DNA of 64,000 bases, taken from an uncultured Christensenella sp. GTDB taxonomy: Bacteria; Bacillota; Clostridia; Christensenellales; DTU072. Each line of letters opens with the position of its first letter. The stretch's first letter is position 1. A program made the position numbers and the translations under genes. Of the stretch, positions 1 to 8,582 are shown in pieces. The notes beneath the pieces were generated by a model. The model ran no database searches. It saw only the letters and a list, made by a program, of their open reading frames with translations, and was not told the origin of the DNA. Location of the stretch: NCBI GenBank assembly GCA_964418255.1, contig CAYQKV010000002.1, forward strand, positions 108,421 to 172,420, written 5' to 3'.

Positions 1-2
1 CC

Positions 3-194
3 GTACCCGAGATGCTTGAAAAAGCGGACCATATAGTCGCGAAGATGAAGGAAGACGACCCGTCTCTGCTCGGCAAATCTCAGCGTCATTTCTATTCCTG
101 GCAGAAACTTCTCGTAGGCGCAATCAATCAGTCAAACGTCGCAAAGAACGACAATTCGGACGGAGACGCGTTCGGAGAAGATTTCGAGATATAA
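3..194 (+). CDS. C-terminal fragment of an upstream hypothetical protein (starts outside window)
   Basis: Open frame enters from the window edge and stops at 194; no recognised family. Confidence 0.45.
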   Translation, partial: VPEMLEKADHIVAKMKEDDPSLLGKSQRHFYSWQKLLVGAINQSNVAKNDNSDGDAFGEDFEI

Positions 195-221
195 AGGCGA
201 AAACGGTTGAGGGTGGTAAAA

Positions 222-1904
222 ATGAAAAGAAAATTTACGATTTTTGCGCTTGCGGTCGGTATTGCTATGTGCCTGCTCGCGTTTACGGGGTGTAGCGGCG
301 AATGTAAAGTTCACGAGTTTACCTCGGCGGAATGTATATGGAACGACGACGGAACCGCGCTTGTCGTGGCGACGTGCGGCGTATGCGGAGGGCAGATTAC
401 CGAACAGGCGGCGGTGAGCGAGACTGTGACCAAACAACCTACCTGCACGCAAAGCGGAACGCTTAAAAGAACGGCTACCGTCAGCATAGGCGGCAATACG
501 TTCAACACTTTCGAGTCGCCGGAGCAGCAGATTAAACCCGTGGGGCACGACTACGGCGCGACGAAATACACGTGGAGAGAACAAGGCGGCGTGCAATATT
601 GCAAAGCGAGTAAATCCTGCGCGCACTGCAACGATAAAATTGAAGAGGAAGTCGCATCAAGAAAGGTGACAACCGCGCCGACCTGTTATAGGGAAGGGGA
701 AAACGAATACACCGCTACCTTTACAAAGGGTTTCAAAACCGCTCAAAAGACGGAAAGCATAGCGAAAACCGCGCATAATTACGGCAACAATATCACGTAT
801 ACCTGGAAAAATCATAAATGTACCGCGACGGAATCCTGCCTTGTGTGCGGAGAAAAACGCACGGTAAGCGCGGCGTCGGTCGTGTACGAAGAAGTGCGCG
901 CGGCGACCTGCACCGAGGACGGAGTGGGAAGAAACGTAGCTACGTTTACCGATTCCAAATTCGCTACGCAGACCGAGACGGTGACTATCCCCAAACACCA
1001 CGACTACGGCGAGCCCGAATGTCGTTGGGACGCGGGACACACCGAGTGTACGGCAAAGAGTGTGTGCGTTAGGTGCGGAGACGAAGTATATAAAACCGCC
1101 AACGCGTCCGATATAAAGATAGCTATTACCAAAGCGGCGACCTGCACGGAAGACGGAGAACGCGTTTATTCGGCGACGTTCGAGTTTGACGGGAAAAGGT
1201 ATACGAGCAACGATAGAGAGGTTATTCCGTCCAAAGGCGGGCACGACTACGGCGAAATCGTCTATTTATGGAGCGCGGACTATCGCACTTGCACGGCGAA
1301 AAAAGTCTGTAAGGAGTGCGGAGACAAGATAAGCGAAGTGCAAAGCGCGACTTCGACTGTGACGAAAAACCCGACCTGCACGGAAGACGGAAATATGAAG
1401 TATACCGTAAGTTTCGTAAACGAGGAATTCGTAGGGCAGACCAAAGAGGTTATTATTCCGAGAAAAGGACACAGCCAAGGAAAAGTTGATTATCTGTGGA
1501 ACGACAATCATACGAGTTGTACGGTAAAAATTTACTGCTCGGCGTGCGACGAAGTCTACTACGAAGAGACGACGGACAATATCACGAACACGGTTATAAA
1601 AGAACCTACCTGCTCGGAAAAAGGCGAGAGGAGATACGTCGCCGTATTCTCGCGCTCGGACCTTAGAGACGTAGAATACGTGGAGGAAACCGCTACGCAT
1701 AAGTACGACAAACCGACGTACAGATATTTCTGGGAAGACGGCGTGCTTAAATGCGAAGCGTCGAAAACCTGCGTATTCGGCGAAACAGTAAGCGAAATAG
1801 CGACGGGTAAATTCGTCAGCGACAACGGCAAAGTGAAGTTCGTCGTAGAGTTCGAGGACGAGGACTTCGAAACGCAAACTTACGAAATAACTATAAGCGA
1901 ATAA
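222..1904 (+). CDS. Secreted lipoprotein with tandem Cys-rich modules
   Basis: MKRKFTIFALAVGIAMCLLAFTGC signal peptide plus lipobox; about six repeats of C-A-x3-C-x2-C ... PTCTEDG-x-Y-x3-F; SD gagggtgg before ATG 222 (the track starts at upstream TTG 207). Confidence 0.75.
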   Translation: MKRKFTIFALAVGIAMCLLAFTGCSGECKVHEFTSAECIWNDDGTALVVATCGVCGGQITEQAAVSETVTKQPTCTQSGTLKRTATVSIGGNTFNTFESPEQQIKPVGHDYGATKYTWREQGGVQYCKASKSCAHCNDKIEEEVASRKVTTAPTCYREGENEYTATFTKGFKTAQKTESIAKTAHNYGNNITYTWKNHKCTATESCLVCGEKRTVSAASVVYEEVRAATCTEDGVGRNVATFTDSKFATQTETVTIPKHHDYGEPECRWDAGHTECTAKSVCVRCGDEVYKTANASDIKIAITKAATCTEDGERVYSATFEFDGKRYTSNDREVIPSKGGHDYGEIVYLWSADYRTCTAKKVCKECGDKISEVQSATSTVTKNPTCTEDGNMKYTVSFVNEEFVGQTKEVIIPRKGHSQGKVDYLWNDNHTSCTVKIYCSACDEVYYEETTDNITNTVIKEPTCSEKGERRYVAVFSRSDLRDVEYVEETATHKYDKPTYRYFWEDGVLKCEASKTCVFGETVSEIATGKFVSDNGKVKFVVEFEDEDFETQTYEITISE

Positions 1905-1990
1905 GTATAAGGGAGAAAAGCGGGCGACGCGAATGCGGCGCCCGTAAACGGAATAAGACGAGTCGTTTTATAACAACAGTCCGAGTTCCG

Positions 1991-2029
1991 ACAAACAAGG
2001 CGTTGCCGTAAGGGACGCCTTGTTTGTAT
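1991..2029 (+). terminator. Intrinsic terminator-like hairpin
   Basis: ACAAACAAGGCGT-loop-ACGCCTTGTTTGT, perfect 13 bp stem. Confidence 0.6.
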
Positions 2030-2220
2030 ATAATAAACGGAAAGAGAGAAAACGAAAATAAAACGGTAGGCAAAATCGAGACGAAAACGCCGCCGTCCGT
2101 CCGCGAAAATATACGAAAGGGAAACAAATGTCGAAACAAAGTAAAACCGAGTTTACGGCGGGATTTTCGAGGAATTCGCAGCAATGAAAGGACAAGGAAA
2201 GGACGCGGTTTGAATTATAA

Positions 2221-2258
2221 TGAAAGAGACTGTTCGCGAATGCGGACAGTCTCTTTAC
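2221..2258. terminator. Terminator hairpin between convergent genes
   Basis: AAAGAGACTGTTCGC...GCGGACAGTCTCTTT inverted repeat just 3' of the dhaKL-like gene. Confidence 0.5.
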
Positions 2259-2282
2259 GTTGGTTATAAGTGAGAGTTGTTA

Positions 2283-4112
2283 TTAAAAGTTTTTGATATA
2301 AGCGGCGAGTTCGTTGAAGATAACGTCTAAGCCGTGCGCGCCTGCGTCGGGATAACCGATACTGCGTTCGCCGACCGTTCCCGCTCTTCCGAGGGTAGCG
2401 ACGTGAGATTTGGTAGCCTCCGCGCCTTCGTGAGCCGCTTTCGCGCCGAGGTCTAAGCCTTCTTGCAGTTTCTTGCCGTCTTTCGCCGCTTTGGTAAGAG
2501 CGATAGCGCAGGGTTTCAACGCGTCTACGAGGGTCTTGTCTCCGATGTCCGCGCCTTTGCCGAAGCTCTTTTTACCGGTTTCGTAAACGCCTCTGTTGGC
2601 TTCGGTGAAGAGGAACGCAACGTCGGTGAGGTTTACTTCTTTCTTGCCGAGCATCGCTTTTCCTGCGTATTTGAACGCGGAACCCCAGATAGGACCGGAC
2701 GCGCCGCCGCAGTATTCTTTGATGATTTCCGAGCAGCTTACGAGGAACTGACCGATGTCGCCTTTCTTTCTCGTCGCCCAGTCCGCTTTGAGCTGTCTGA
2801 AACCTTTCGCAATGCTCATTCCGAAGTCTCCGTCGCCCATTTTGTCGGCTTCGCAGAAGGGAACTTCGTTTTCGATGATTACGTCCGCCATTTTTTCCAC
2901 GATTTTAACGAAAGCCGCGGTGTTAATGGTTTCTCCGATAGCGGGGGTGCCTTCCACTTCGTAAACGGCGTTGGCGTCGTCTTCTTCGGCAGCCGCTTTT
3001 TTGGCTTTCTTAGCCGCGGGAGCAACCGCGCCGGGAGTGATGTTGAGGGCTTTCGCGATAGCGTTCATAGCTTCTACCGCCGCTTCAGCCTGCGCGCCCA
3101 TAGCCGCGCCCCAAGTGAGTGCGGGAGTGCTTACCGGATAATCTACGAGCTTTTTGAGTTCGTCGTCTACTCTTAATACGGTAACCGACGCGCCCGCCAT
3201 ATCGATGGACGTCATATAGTTGCCGACCATAGTGCGGTGAATTTTAATTCCGTCCGCTTCGAGAGCTTTGGTTACGGAGTTGTTGAGGATATAGAGTTCC
3301 TGCAACGGGCTTCCGCCGAAACCGTTGATGAGAAGAACTACTTCTTCGCCGGATTTAAGTTTGAGGTCTTCTTCGAGGTCTTTAACTATTCTCACCGAGA
3401 GGTCGTCGCAGAACGTGCCTTTCGAATAGTCGATTTTTTCACGGAAACGTCCGGGTTCGCCGTGGATGCCTACGCCGAATTCCATTTCGTCGTCGCCGAT
3501 TTCAAACGTCGGATGTCCCGCCGCCGGAACGGTGCAGGAGGTGAACGCGAAACCGAAACTTCTTACGTTTTCGATAACTTTGTTGGCTACGGCTTTGACT
3601 TCTTCGAGTTCTTTGCCTTGTTCCGCCGCCGCGCCCGCGCATTTATGAACGAGTACGGTTCCCGCAACGCCTCTGCGACCTACGGTGTAAAGGCTGTCTT
3701 TAACGGCGATATCGTCGTTTACGTAAACCGCGTCTACTTTGATTCCGTCTTCCTGAGCGTCCGCCATAGCGTTGTTGAAGTTCATACAGTCGCCCGAGTA
3801 GTTCTTTATAATGAGGAGAACGCCCTTGTCGGTAGCGCATTTTTTAATCGCGTTGTAGACCTGTACCTGGCTGGGAGAAGCGAAAACGTCTCCGCAAACC
3901 GCGCAGTCGAGCATTCCTTTGCCTACGAAACCCGCGTGAGCAGGTTCGTGTCCCGAACCGCCGCCGGATATAAGGCTGACTTTGTCGTCGTTTATTTCAA
4001 CTTTCTTAACGATTTTGAACTTTTCTACGAATTCGAGGTCGGGATGAGCTTTCGCCAGTCCGTGACACATATCGTATACGAAAGTTTCGGGGGTGTTCAT
4101 TATTTTTTTCAT
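2283..4112 (-). CDS. Dihydroxyacetone kinase, fused DhaK-DhaL domains
   Basis: GGGSGHEPAHAGFVGKGMLDCAVCGDVFASP (Dak1) and KMGDGDFGMS...GGASGPIWGSAF (Dak2) in one ORF with an Ala/Lys-rich linker. Confidence 0.9.
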   Translation of the reverse strand: MKKIMNTPETFVYDMCHGLAKAHPDLEFVEKFKIVKKVEINDDKVSLISGGGSGHEPAHAGFVGKGMLDCAVCGDVFASPSQVQVYNAIKKCATDKGVLLIIKNYSGDCMNFNNAMADAQEDGIKVDAVYVNDDIAVKDSLYTVGRRGVAGTVLVHKCAGAAAEQGKELEEVKAVANKVIENVRSFGFAFTSCTVPAAGHPTFEIGDDEMEFGVGIHGEPGRFREKIDYSKGTFCDDLSVRIVKDLEEDLKLKSGEEVVLLINGFGGSPLQELYILNNSVTKALEADGIKIHRTMVGNYMTSIDMAGASVTVLRVDDELKKLVDYPVSTPALTWGAAMGAQAEAAVEAMNAIAKALNITPGAVAPAAKKAKKAAAEEDDANAVYEVEGTPAIGETINTAAFVKIVEKMADVIIENEVPFCEADKMGDGDFGMSIAKGFRQLKADWATRKKGDIGQFLVSCSEIIKEYCGGASGPIWGSAFKYAGKAMLGKKEVNLTDVAFLFTEANRGVYETGKKSFGKGADIGDKTLVDALKPCAIALTKAAKDGKKLQEGLDLGAKAAHEGAEATKSHVATLGRAGTVGERSIGYPDAGAHGLDVIFNELAAYIKNF

Positions 4113-4192
4113 TTCAGAAATCTCCTTTAATTCGAAAATGACGTTACGACCGAGAAATCTCGGGCGTAACGTCGAAATCGTGTTTTAATGGC

Positions 4193-5332
4193 TTATTCGC
4201 CGTATTTGTAGTCGTAACCGATTTTGTCTGCGGTCTTGATAGCCGCGGCAACCATATCGACCGTCACGGGGAAGGGCATATTGTGAATGGATTCGTCGGG
4301 GATGCAGGTCTTTTCCGCGATAGCTTTGAGCATTTCGTCGTCGATGGAATCGGTGCCGATGTCCTTCAAGCATACGGGAAGTCCTACCGTCAGGCAGAAA
4401 GCGAGAACTTCGTAGAGCTCTTCTTCGGGAGCGTTTTCGAGGACGAGCTGGCAGATTGTTCCGAACGCAACCATTTCGCCGTGGAAGTATTTGGTGTGCG
4501 AGGGAAGCAACGTAAGTCCGTCGTGGATAGCGTGAGCAGCCGCAAGACCGCCGCTTTCGAAACCGAGACCGGAAAGAAGAATGTTGGTTTCGATGATTTT
4601 TTCAAGAGCGGGAGTAACGACTTTGTTTTCGCAAGCCGCAACCGCTTTCGCACCGTCGGAAAGAAGTGTCTGATAGCAAAGGGTTGCGAGAGCCATAGAC
4701 GCCATCGTGCCGTATCCGAGAAGAGTTCCCTTAGCGCGGTTAGCTCCGCAGGGAAGTCCCGCGTTTACGTTGCTGAAAGACCTTTCGTTCGCGCGAGCTT
4801 CGAAATAGGTGCTCAGAGCGTCGCCCATACCGCTGATAAGGAAACGGGCGGGAGCGTTGGCGATAACTTTGGTATCGATAAGAACTACGCTGGGGTTCTG
4901 ACGGAAATACGCGTAGTCGTCGAAGTGATGGTCGTCGGTATAGAGAACCGCGCTGTGCGAAGTGGGAGCGTCGGTAGCCGCAATCGTCGGGCAGATGATA
5001 AGGTTGCTGCCTTGCGCTACGCATTTAGCAGTGTCGATGGCTTTTCCGCCGCCGAGACCGATGGTGCAGGCGCATTTGTTTTCTTTCGCAAAATCCTGCA
5101 ATGCTTTTACTACGTTACGGGAACATTCGCCTTTGAAAATGTCTCCGCAGGGGTAAAATTCAACGCCGTATTTCGCAGCCGTTGCGTCAAGTTTGTCTTT
5201 AACGAGGTTGTATGCGAACGGGTCGGCTATAAGCAACGCCTTTTTCCCGAAAGTTTTCACAAAATAACCTAAGTTAAGTAATTCGTCCTCGCCTTGAACG
5301 TACTTAGACGGACAGATAAACGCTTTTCTCAT
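4193..5332 (-). CDS. gldA: Glycerol dehydrogenase
   Basis: Iron-containing alcohol dehydrogenase fold: GLGGGKAIDTAK, CPTIAATDAPTS, AAHAIHDGLT, HGEMVAFG. Confidence 0.9.
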   Translation of the reverse strand: MRKAFICPSKYVQGEDELLNLGYFVKTFGKKALLIADPFAYNLVKDKLDATAAKYGVEFYPCGDIFKGECSRNVVKALQDFAKENKCACTIGLGGGKAIDTAKCVAQGSNLIICPTIAATDAPTSHSAVLYTDDHHFDDYAYFRQNPSVVLIDTKVIANAPARFLISGMGDALSTYFEARANERSFSNVNAGLPCGANRAKGTLLGYGTMASMALATLCYQTLLSDGAKAVAACENKVVTPALEKIIETNILLSGLGFESGGLAAAHAIHDGLTLLPSHTKYFHGEMVAFGTICQLVLENAPEEELYEVLAFCLTVGLPVCLKDIGTDSIDDEMLKAIAEKTCIPDESIHNMPFPVTVDMVAAAIKTADKIGYDYKYGE

Positions 5333-5486
5333 AAATCAAATCTCCTTTTTTGATAAATTTTTTCTTTTTTGTCGGCATAACGCCGTTAAAAATATTATAT
5401 CTTATACGGTTAGAACATTTCATTAGACAATCTTATTTTATTATGGTATAATTTTGACATTACGCGGAATTCTTTAAGGAAGGTTT

Positions 5487-5975
5487 ATGGAAAAAATTTT
5501 TTTGAGCAGCCCTAAAGAGGTGTTGGCGGCGATAGAAAAGGAAAAAAAACTGGCGATTTTCGAGGTTGACGACGACGGAAAACCGATTTTTCCCATAAGT
5601 GAAATAAATGTAAAAAAAATCGGGATTTTGCCTAAAAATCGCGAAATCATAAAACCCGCGGTAAAATACGTGCACGAACACTTTAATAAGGAAATAAGGC
5701 TGGATATGCTCGCTGGGCTGTGCGACGTGTCGAAGAGTTATTTTTGCAGACTGTTCAAGGAAGCGTACGGCATAGGCGTGGCGGCGTACGTAATTAAACT
5801 GCGTATGGACGAGGCGTGCCGCCTGCTGGAAAAAACCGACAGTTCGGTCGTCGCGATAGCGTTCGAGGTCGGATACGTCGATTGCGGATATTTCAATAAA
5901 CTTTTCAAAAAAAACGTAGGGTGCACCCCGCTCGAATACAGACGGCAGCCGAGGTTTGTCTTTATCGACGCGTAA
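5487..5975 (+). CDS. AraC-family transcriptional regulator (short N-terminus)
   Basis: HTH: LDMLAGLCDVSKSYFCRLFKEAYGIGVAAYVIKLRMDEACRLLEKTDSSVVAIAFEVGYVDCGYFNKLFKKNVGCTPLEYR; divergent to gldA-dhaKL. Confidence 0.85.
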   Translation: MEKIFLSSPKEVLAAIEKEKKLAIFEVDDDGKPIFPISEINVKKIGILPKNREIIKPAVKYVHEHFNKEIRLDMLAGLCDVSKSYFCRLFKEAYGIGVAAYVIKLRMDEACRLLEKTDSSVVAIAFEVGYVDCGYFNKLFKKNVGCTPLEYRRQPRFVFIDA

Positions 5976-6155
5976 TTTTCGGAAAAAACACGGAGTGGAG
6001 AGATTGCGTTGATTTTTTTCGTAAGTGAACCGTCGCTGTACCGACGTACAGAAATATCACCCCCAAAAGCATATATCTTTTCGGGGACCCCGACTAAACT
6101 TACGGAAAAGTGGAAAAAACTCAGATTTTGTCCGCTTTTTACTGCTTAAATACTC

Positions 6156-6344
6156 AAAAAGTAAAAATCGCACTTTTTACTTTTTGCCCTTATGGGGTTC
6201 GAGCAAGGGGAAACCCCTTGCGAACTTACATAACAAGCGGAACGGTACGCTCCGCTTCCTTGTAAGTCCGACTTGCGTGGATAAAGATTTTATCGGCACA
6301 AAGATTAGCGACTTGCCGTAAAATCCCGCGCAACGTCTGGTCGG
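6156..6344 (+). repeat. Structured intergenic element, copy R1
   Basis: AAAAAGTAAAAA/TTTTTACTTTTT stem, GCCCTTATGGGG, TTCGaGCAAGGGG/CCCCTTGCGAA, variable apical hairpin, CCGAC-TTGCGTGG...CCGCGCAA-CGTCTG-GTCGG. Confidence 0.8.
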
Positions 6345-6614
6345 AAAATTTCCGGGCGTAAAGCAACGCGATATATACACTCGTAAAAAGCATATTGACA
6401 AGTAATATTTTATCGCTTACCATAAAATAAATAGGGGTTTAATAATTGATTTCGCACAAAACGGAATCGAAGAAGACGGCTTATTGACAATTTTTGAGAG
6501 GAAAAAATTTTTTTTTACAAATTTCGTGGACAAAACGGCTTGTCGGATTGTTATAGTTTATAGGTGAAAAAAACCGACACTATAAACGCTATAAGAGGAG
6601 GCGTCGGAGCGGAG

Positions 6615-7202
6615 ATGTTTATATCAAAACGGCACAAGAAGAATATTTTACCTTTGCTTATAACGGTACTGCTCGCGATAACTTTTATGTTGTCTTTTGT
6701 CGGGTGCCGGAAACAATATGATAATAAATACAATAACAAATACAATGCGGCTATACTGTACTCCGAATATAAATTCCGAGAAGGATTTCTTCAAGAAAAC
6801 GTTACTCGCGGAAGTTACGGTCATTACTGGGATGAAAACAGAAAAGGGTGCCAAAGCGAAACGGACGATTATAGTTCGAAAGAGGTCGACGACGGTTTGC
6901 CGAAGACAATACTTCGCGTTATAAATACCGAGGAAGAAGCGGACGCCGTTTTTTTCGAGCTGCCCGAAGACGTGGATTTTGAAAAACATACCGTGTGCGT
7001 TTACGTATTTACCACTACGTGTTATCGTCAATGCCTGGTGAAAATGTCGGGTTTGCAAAATGGCATTTTAAGCATTTACTTTGATTTCGAAAAAGATAAA
7101 CATCCGAATGCAGACAGTGCGACTATGCCGAGTTCCAAACATTTAGTCATCAAAGTCGACAAGGTAAACGCAGACAAGATAGAAATTGTTAAAATGAGTT
7201 AA
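6615..7202 (+). CDS. Hypothetical lipoprotein
   Basis: MFISKRHKKNILPLLITVLLAITFMLSFVGC signal/lipobox; no family recognised. Confidence 0.55.
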   Translation: MFISKRHKKNILPLLITVLLAITFMLSFVGCRKQYDNKYNNKYNAAILYSEYKFREGFLQENVTRGSYGHYWDENRKGCQSETDDYSSKEVDDGLPKTILRVINTEEEADAVFFELPEDVDFEKHTVCVYVFTTTCYRQCLVKMSGLQNGILSIYFDFEKDKHPNADSATMPSSKHLVIKVDKVNADKIEIVKMS

Positions 7203-7342
7203 TTGTATCGTTTTATCACAGATATAACAACGAAGTATATTTAGCGCAATAATACAACTAAAATGAGAAAAGTTTAAGGGGACATTACGAATTAAAATTG
7301 TGTAAATATAAGGTTGTAAACGGACGTTTGGCAGGGTACACG

Positions 7343-7372
7343 AAAAGCGCGGCAGATTTTGCCGCGCTTTTT
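7343..7372. terminator. Intrinsic terminator
   Basis: AAAAGCGCGGC-AGATTTT-GCCGCGCTTTTT. Confidence 0.75.
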
Positions 7373-7407
7373 CGAGTTGTTTTAACGTAAAGCCATATTT
7401 ATGGAAA

Positions 7408-8385
7408 TTACATAAGTTTTTTGCGTTTGAGTATCCAGGCTATTACCACGGCGAGTATCATAGAAACGCCGGTTACTACGCCGAACGCCCAGGGAGCGTT
7501 TTTCGCGCCGGGAATTCCGTCGAGGTTCATACCGAACAGGCTTGCGATTAACGTAGGCACGGAAATGATGAGCGTGATTGAAGTAAGCACTTTCATTACT
7601 ATATTGAGGTTGTTGCTGATTACCGAGGCGTACGCGTCCATAGTCCCGCTTAAAATGTCGCGGTAAATGTTACACATTTCTATTGCCTGGCTGTTTTCTA
7701 TCGCTACGTCTTCGATTAAGTCCTGGTCTTCTTCGTGTTTTTTGATGAGGCTCGTGCGCGTAAGTTTATCGATTATCGCCGAGTTCGCTCGCAGAGAAGT
7801 GGAAAAATATACGAGGGAGTTTTCGATATCGAGCAATTCGATAAGTTCTTTATTCTTCATCGACTTGTGCAATTCGGTTTGGATTCTCTGGCTGCTTTTG
7901 TCGATTCTTCTGAGATAAAAAAGGTATTTGGTCGCTATCTGGAAAAGCAGTTGAAAGGTCGTGCGGCTGTGCATTTGGAGTTTTACGCCTTTTACCTTGC
8001 TCATTCCCTGTCCGAATTCCTGTAAAATAGGCGAATCTTCGAGGCAAACCGTTACGAAGAAGTTATCGCGCATAATTATGCCGAGAGGGATTGTCGAATA
8101 GGTGCAGTACGATTTTTTTTCGTCCATAATCACCGTGGGAATGTCGACGACGATAAGAAGGCAGTCGTCTTCTTTTTCTATACGGGAACGTTCCTCTTCG
8201 TCCAACGCCGCTTTGAGAAAATCGGGGAAAATTCCCGTTTTACTTGCGATAAAATCGATTTCACGTTCGTCCGGGTTTATAAGTTGAACCCATTTGTTGG
8301 AAAAATCGGAACTCTCGTTAATGAGTTCCTTAGGAACTTTCGTTACTCTGCCGGAATTAGTATCCGTGTAACAAACGCTAATCAT
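7408..8385 (-). CDS. corA: CorA-family Mg2+/divalent cation transporter
   Basis: C-terminal TM pair with FGMNLDG (GMN signature); overall CorA layout. Confidence 0.9.
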   Translation of the reverse strand: MISVCYTDTNSGRVTKVPKELINESSDFSNKWVQLINPDEREIDFIASKTGIFPDFLKAALDEEERSRIEKEDDCLLIVVDIPTVIMDEKKSYCTYSTIPLGIIMRDNFFVTVCLEDSPILQEFGQGMSKVKGVKLQMHSRTTFQLLFQIATKYLFYLRRIDKSSQRIQTELHKSMKNKELIELLDIENSLVYFSTSLRANSAIIDKLTRTSLIKKHEEDQDLIEDVAIENSQAIEMCNIYRDILSGTMDAYASVISNNLNIVMKVLTSITLIISVPTLIASLFGMNLDGIPGAKNAPWAFGVVTGVSMILAVVIAWILKRKKLM

Positions 8386-8407
8386 AAAAAAACCTCCTAA
8401 TGGCAGT

Positions 8408-8451
8408 ACGCATAAACCCGACGTGCCGTCAGAAGGACTACATCGGGCGTA
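8408..8451 (-). promoter_or_regulatory. Hairpin immediately 3' of the corA leader ORF
   Basis: Minus strand TACGC-CCGATGT...ACGTCGGG-TTTAT-GCGTA; outer and inner stems fully paired with one G-U. Confidence 0.6.
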
Positions 8452-8490
8452 TCAACCTAAACAATATCGACTGTAAGGGTCAGGGTCCAT
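8452..8490 (-). CDS. Leader peptide MDPDPYSRYCLG upstream of corA
   Basis: ATGGACCCTGACCCTTACAGTCGATATTGTTTAGGTTGA; GGAGG 7 nt upstream; promoter TTGCAA-17 bp-TATAAT upstream; no other gene between it and corA. Confidence 0.65.
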   Translation of the reverse strand: MDPDPYSRYCLG

Positions 8491-8517
8491 TACGCTACCT
8501 CCGAAAATAATAAAACA

Positions 8518-8546
8518 ATTATATCACCGCAAACCCGCGTTTGCAA
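8518..8546 (-). promoter_or_regulatory. Sigma70-type promoter for leader-corA
   Basis: -35 TTGCAA (8546-8541), 17 bp spacer, -10 TATAAT (8523-8518). Confidence 0.65.
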
Positions 8547-8582
8547 GCCTTTGCCCAAAAAAAATTTCCGTCGAAAAAATCG

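Noticed and set aside
2024-2269. ORF MYIINGKRENENKTVG...
   Set aside because: It runs between terminator hairpins with no SD or family similarity; probably intergenic.
6025-6321. Small ORF MNRRCTDVQKYHPQKH... and its relatives at 48255-48437, 56652-56870, 56855-57043 and 57264-57494
   Set aside because: They lie inside the structured repeats; peptide similarity between the tandem copies only reflects the DNA repeat, and frames differ between element copies.
8386-8510. M-box (ykoK) Mg2+ riboswitch upstream of corA
   Set aside because: The leader is only about 125 nt and lacks the M-box core; a short leader ORF explains the region better.
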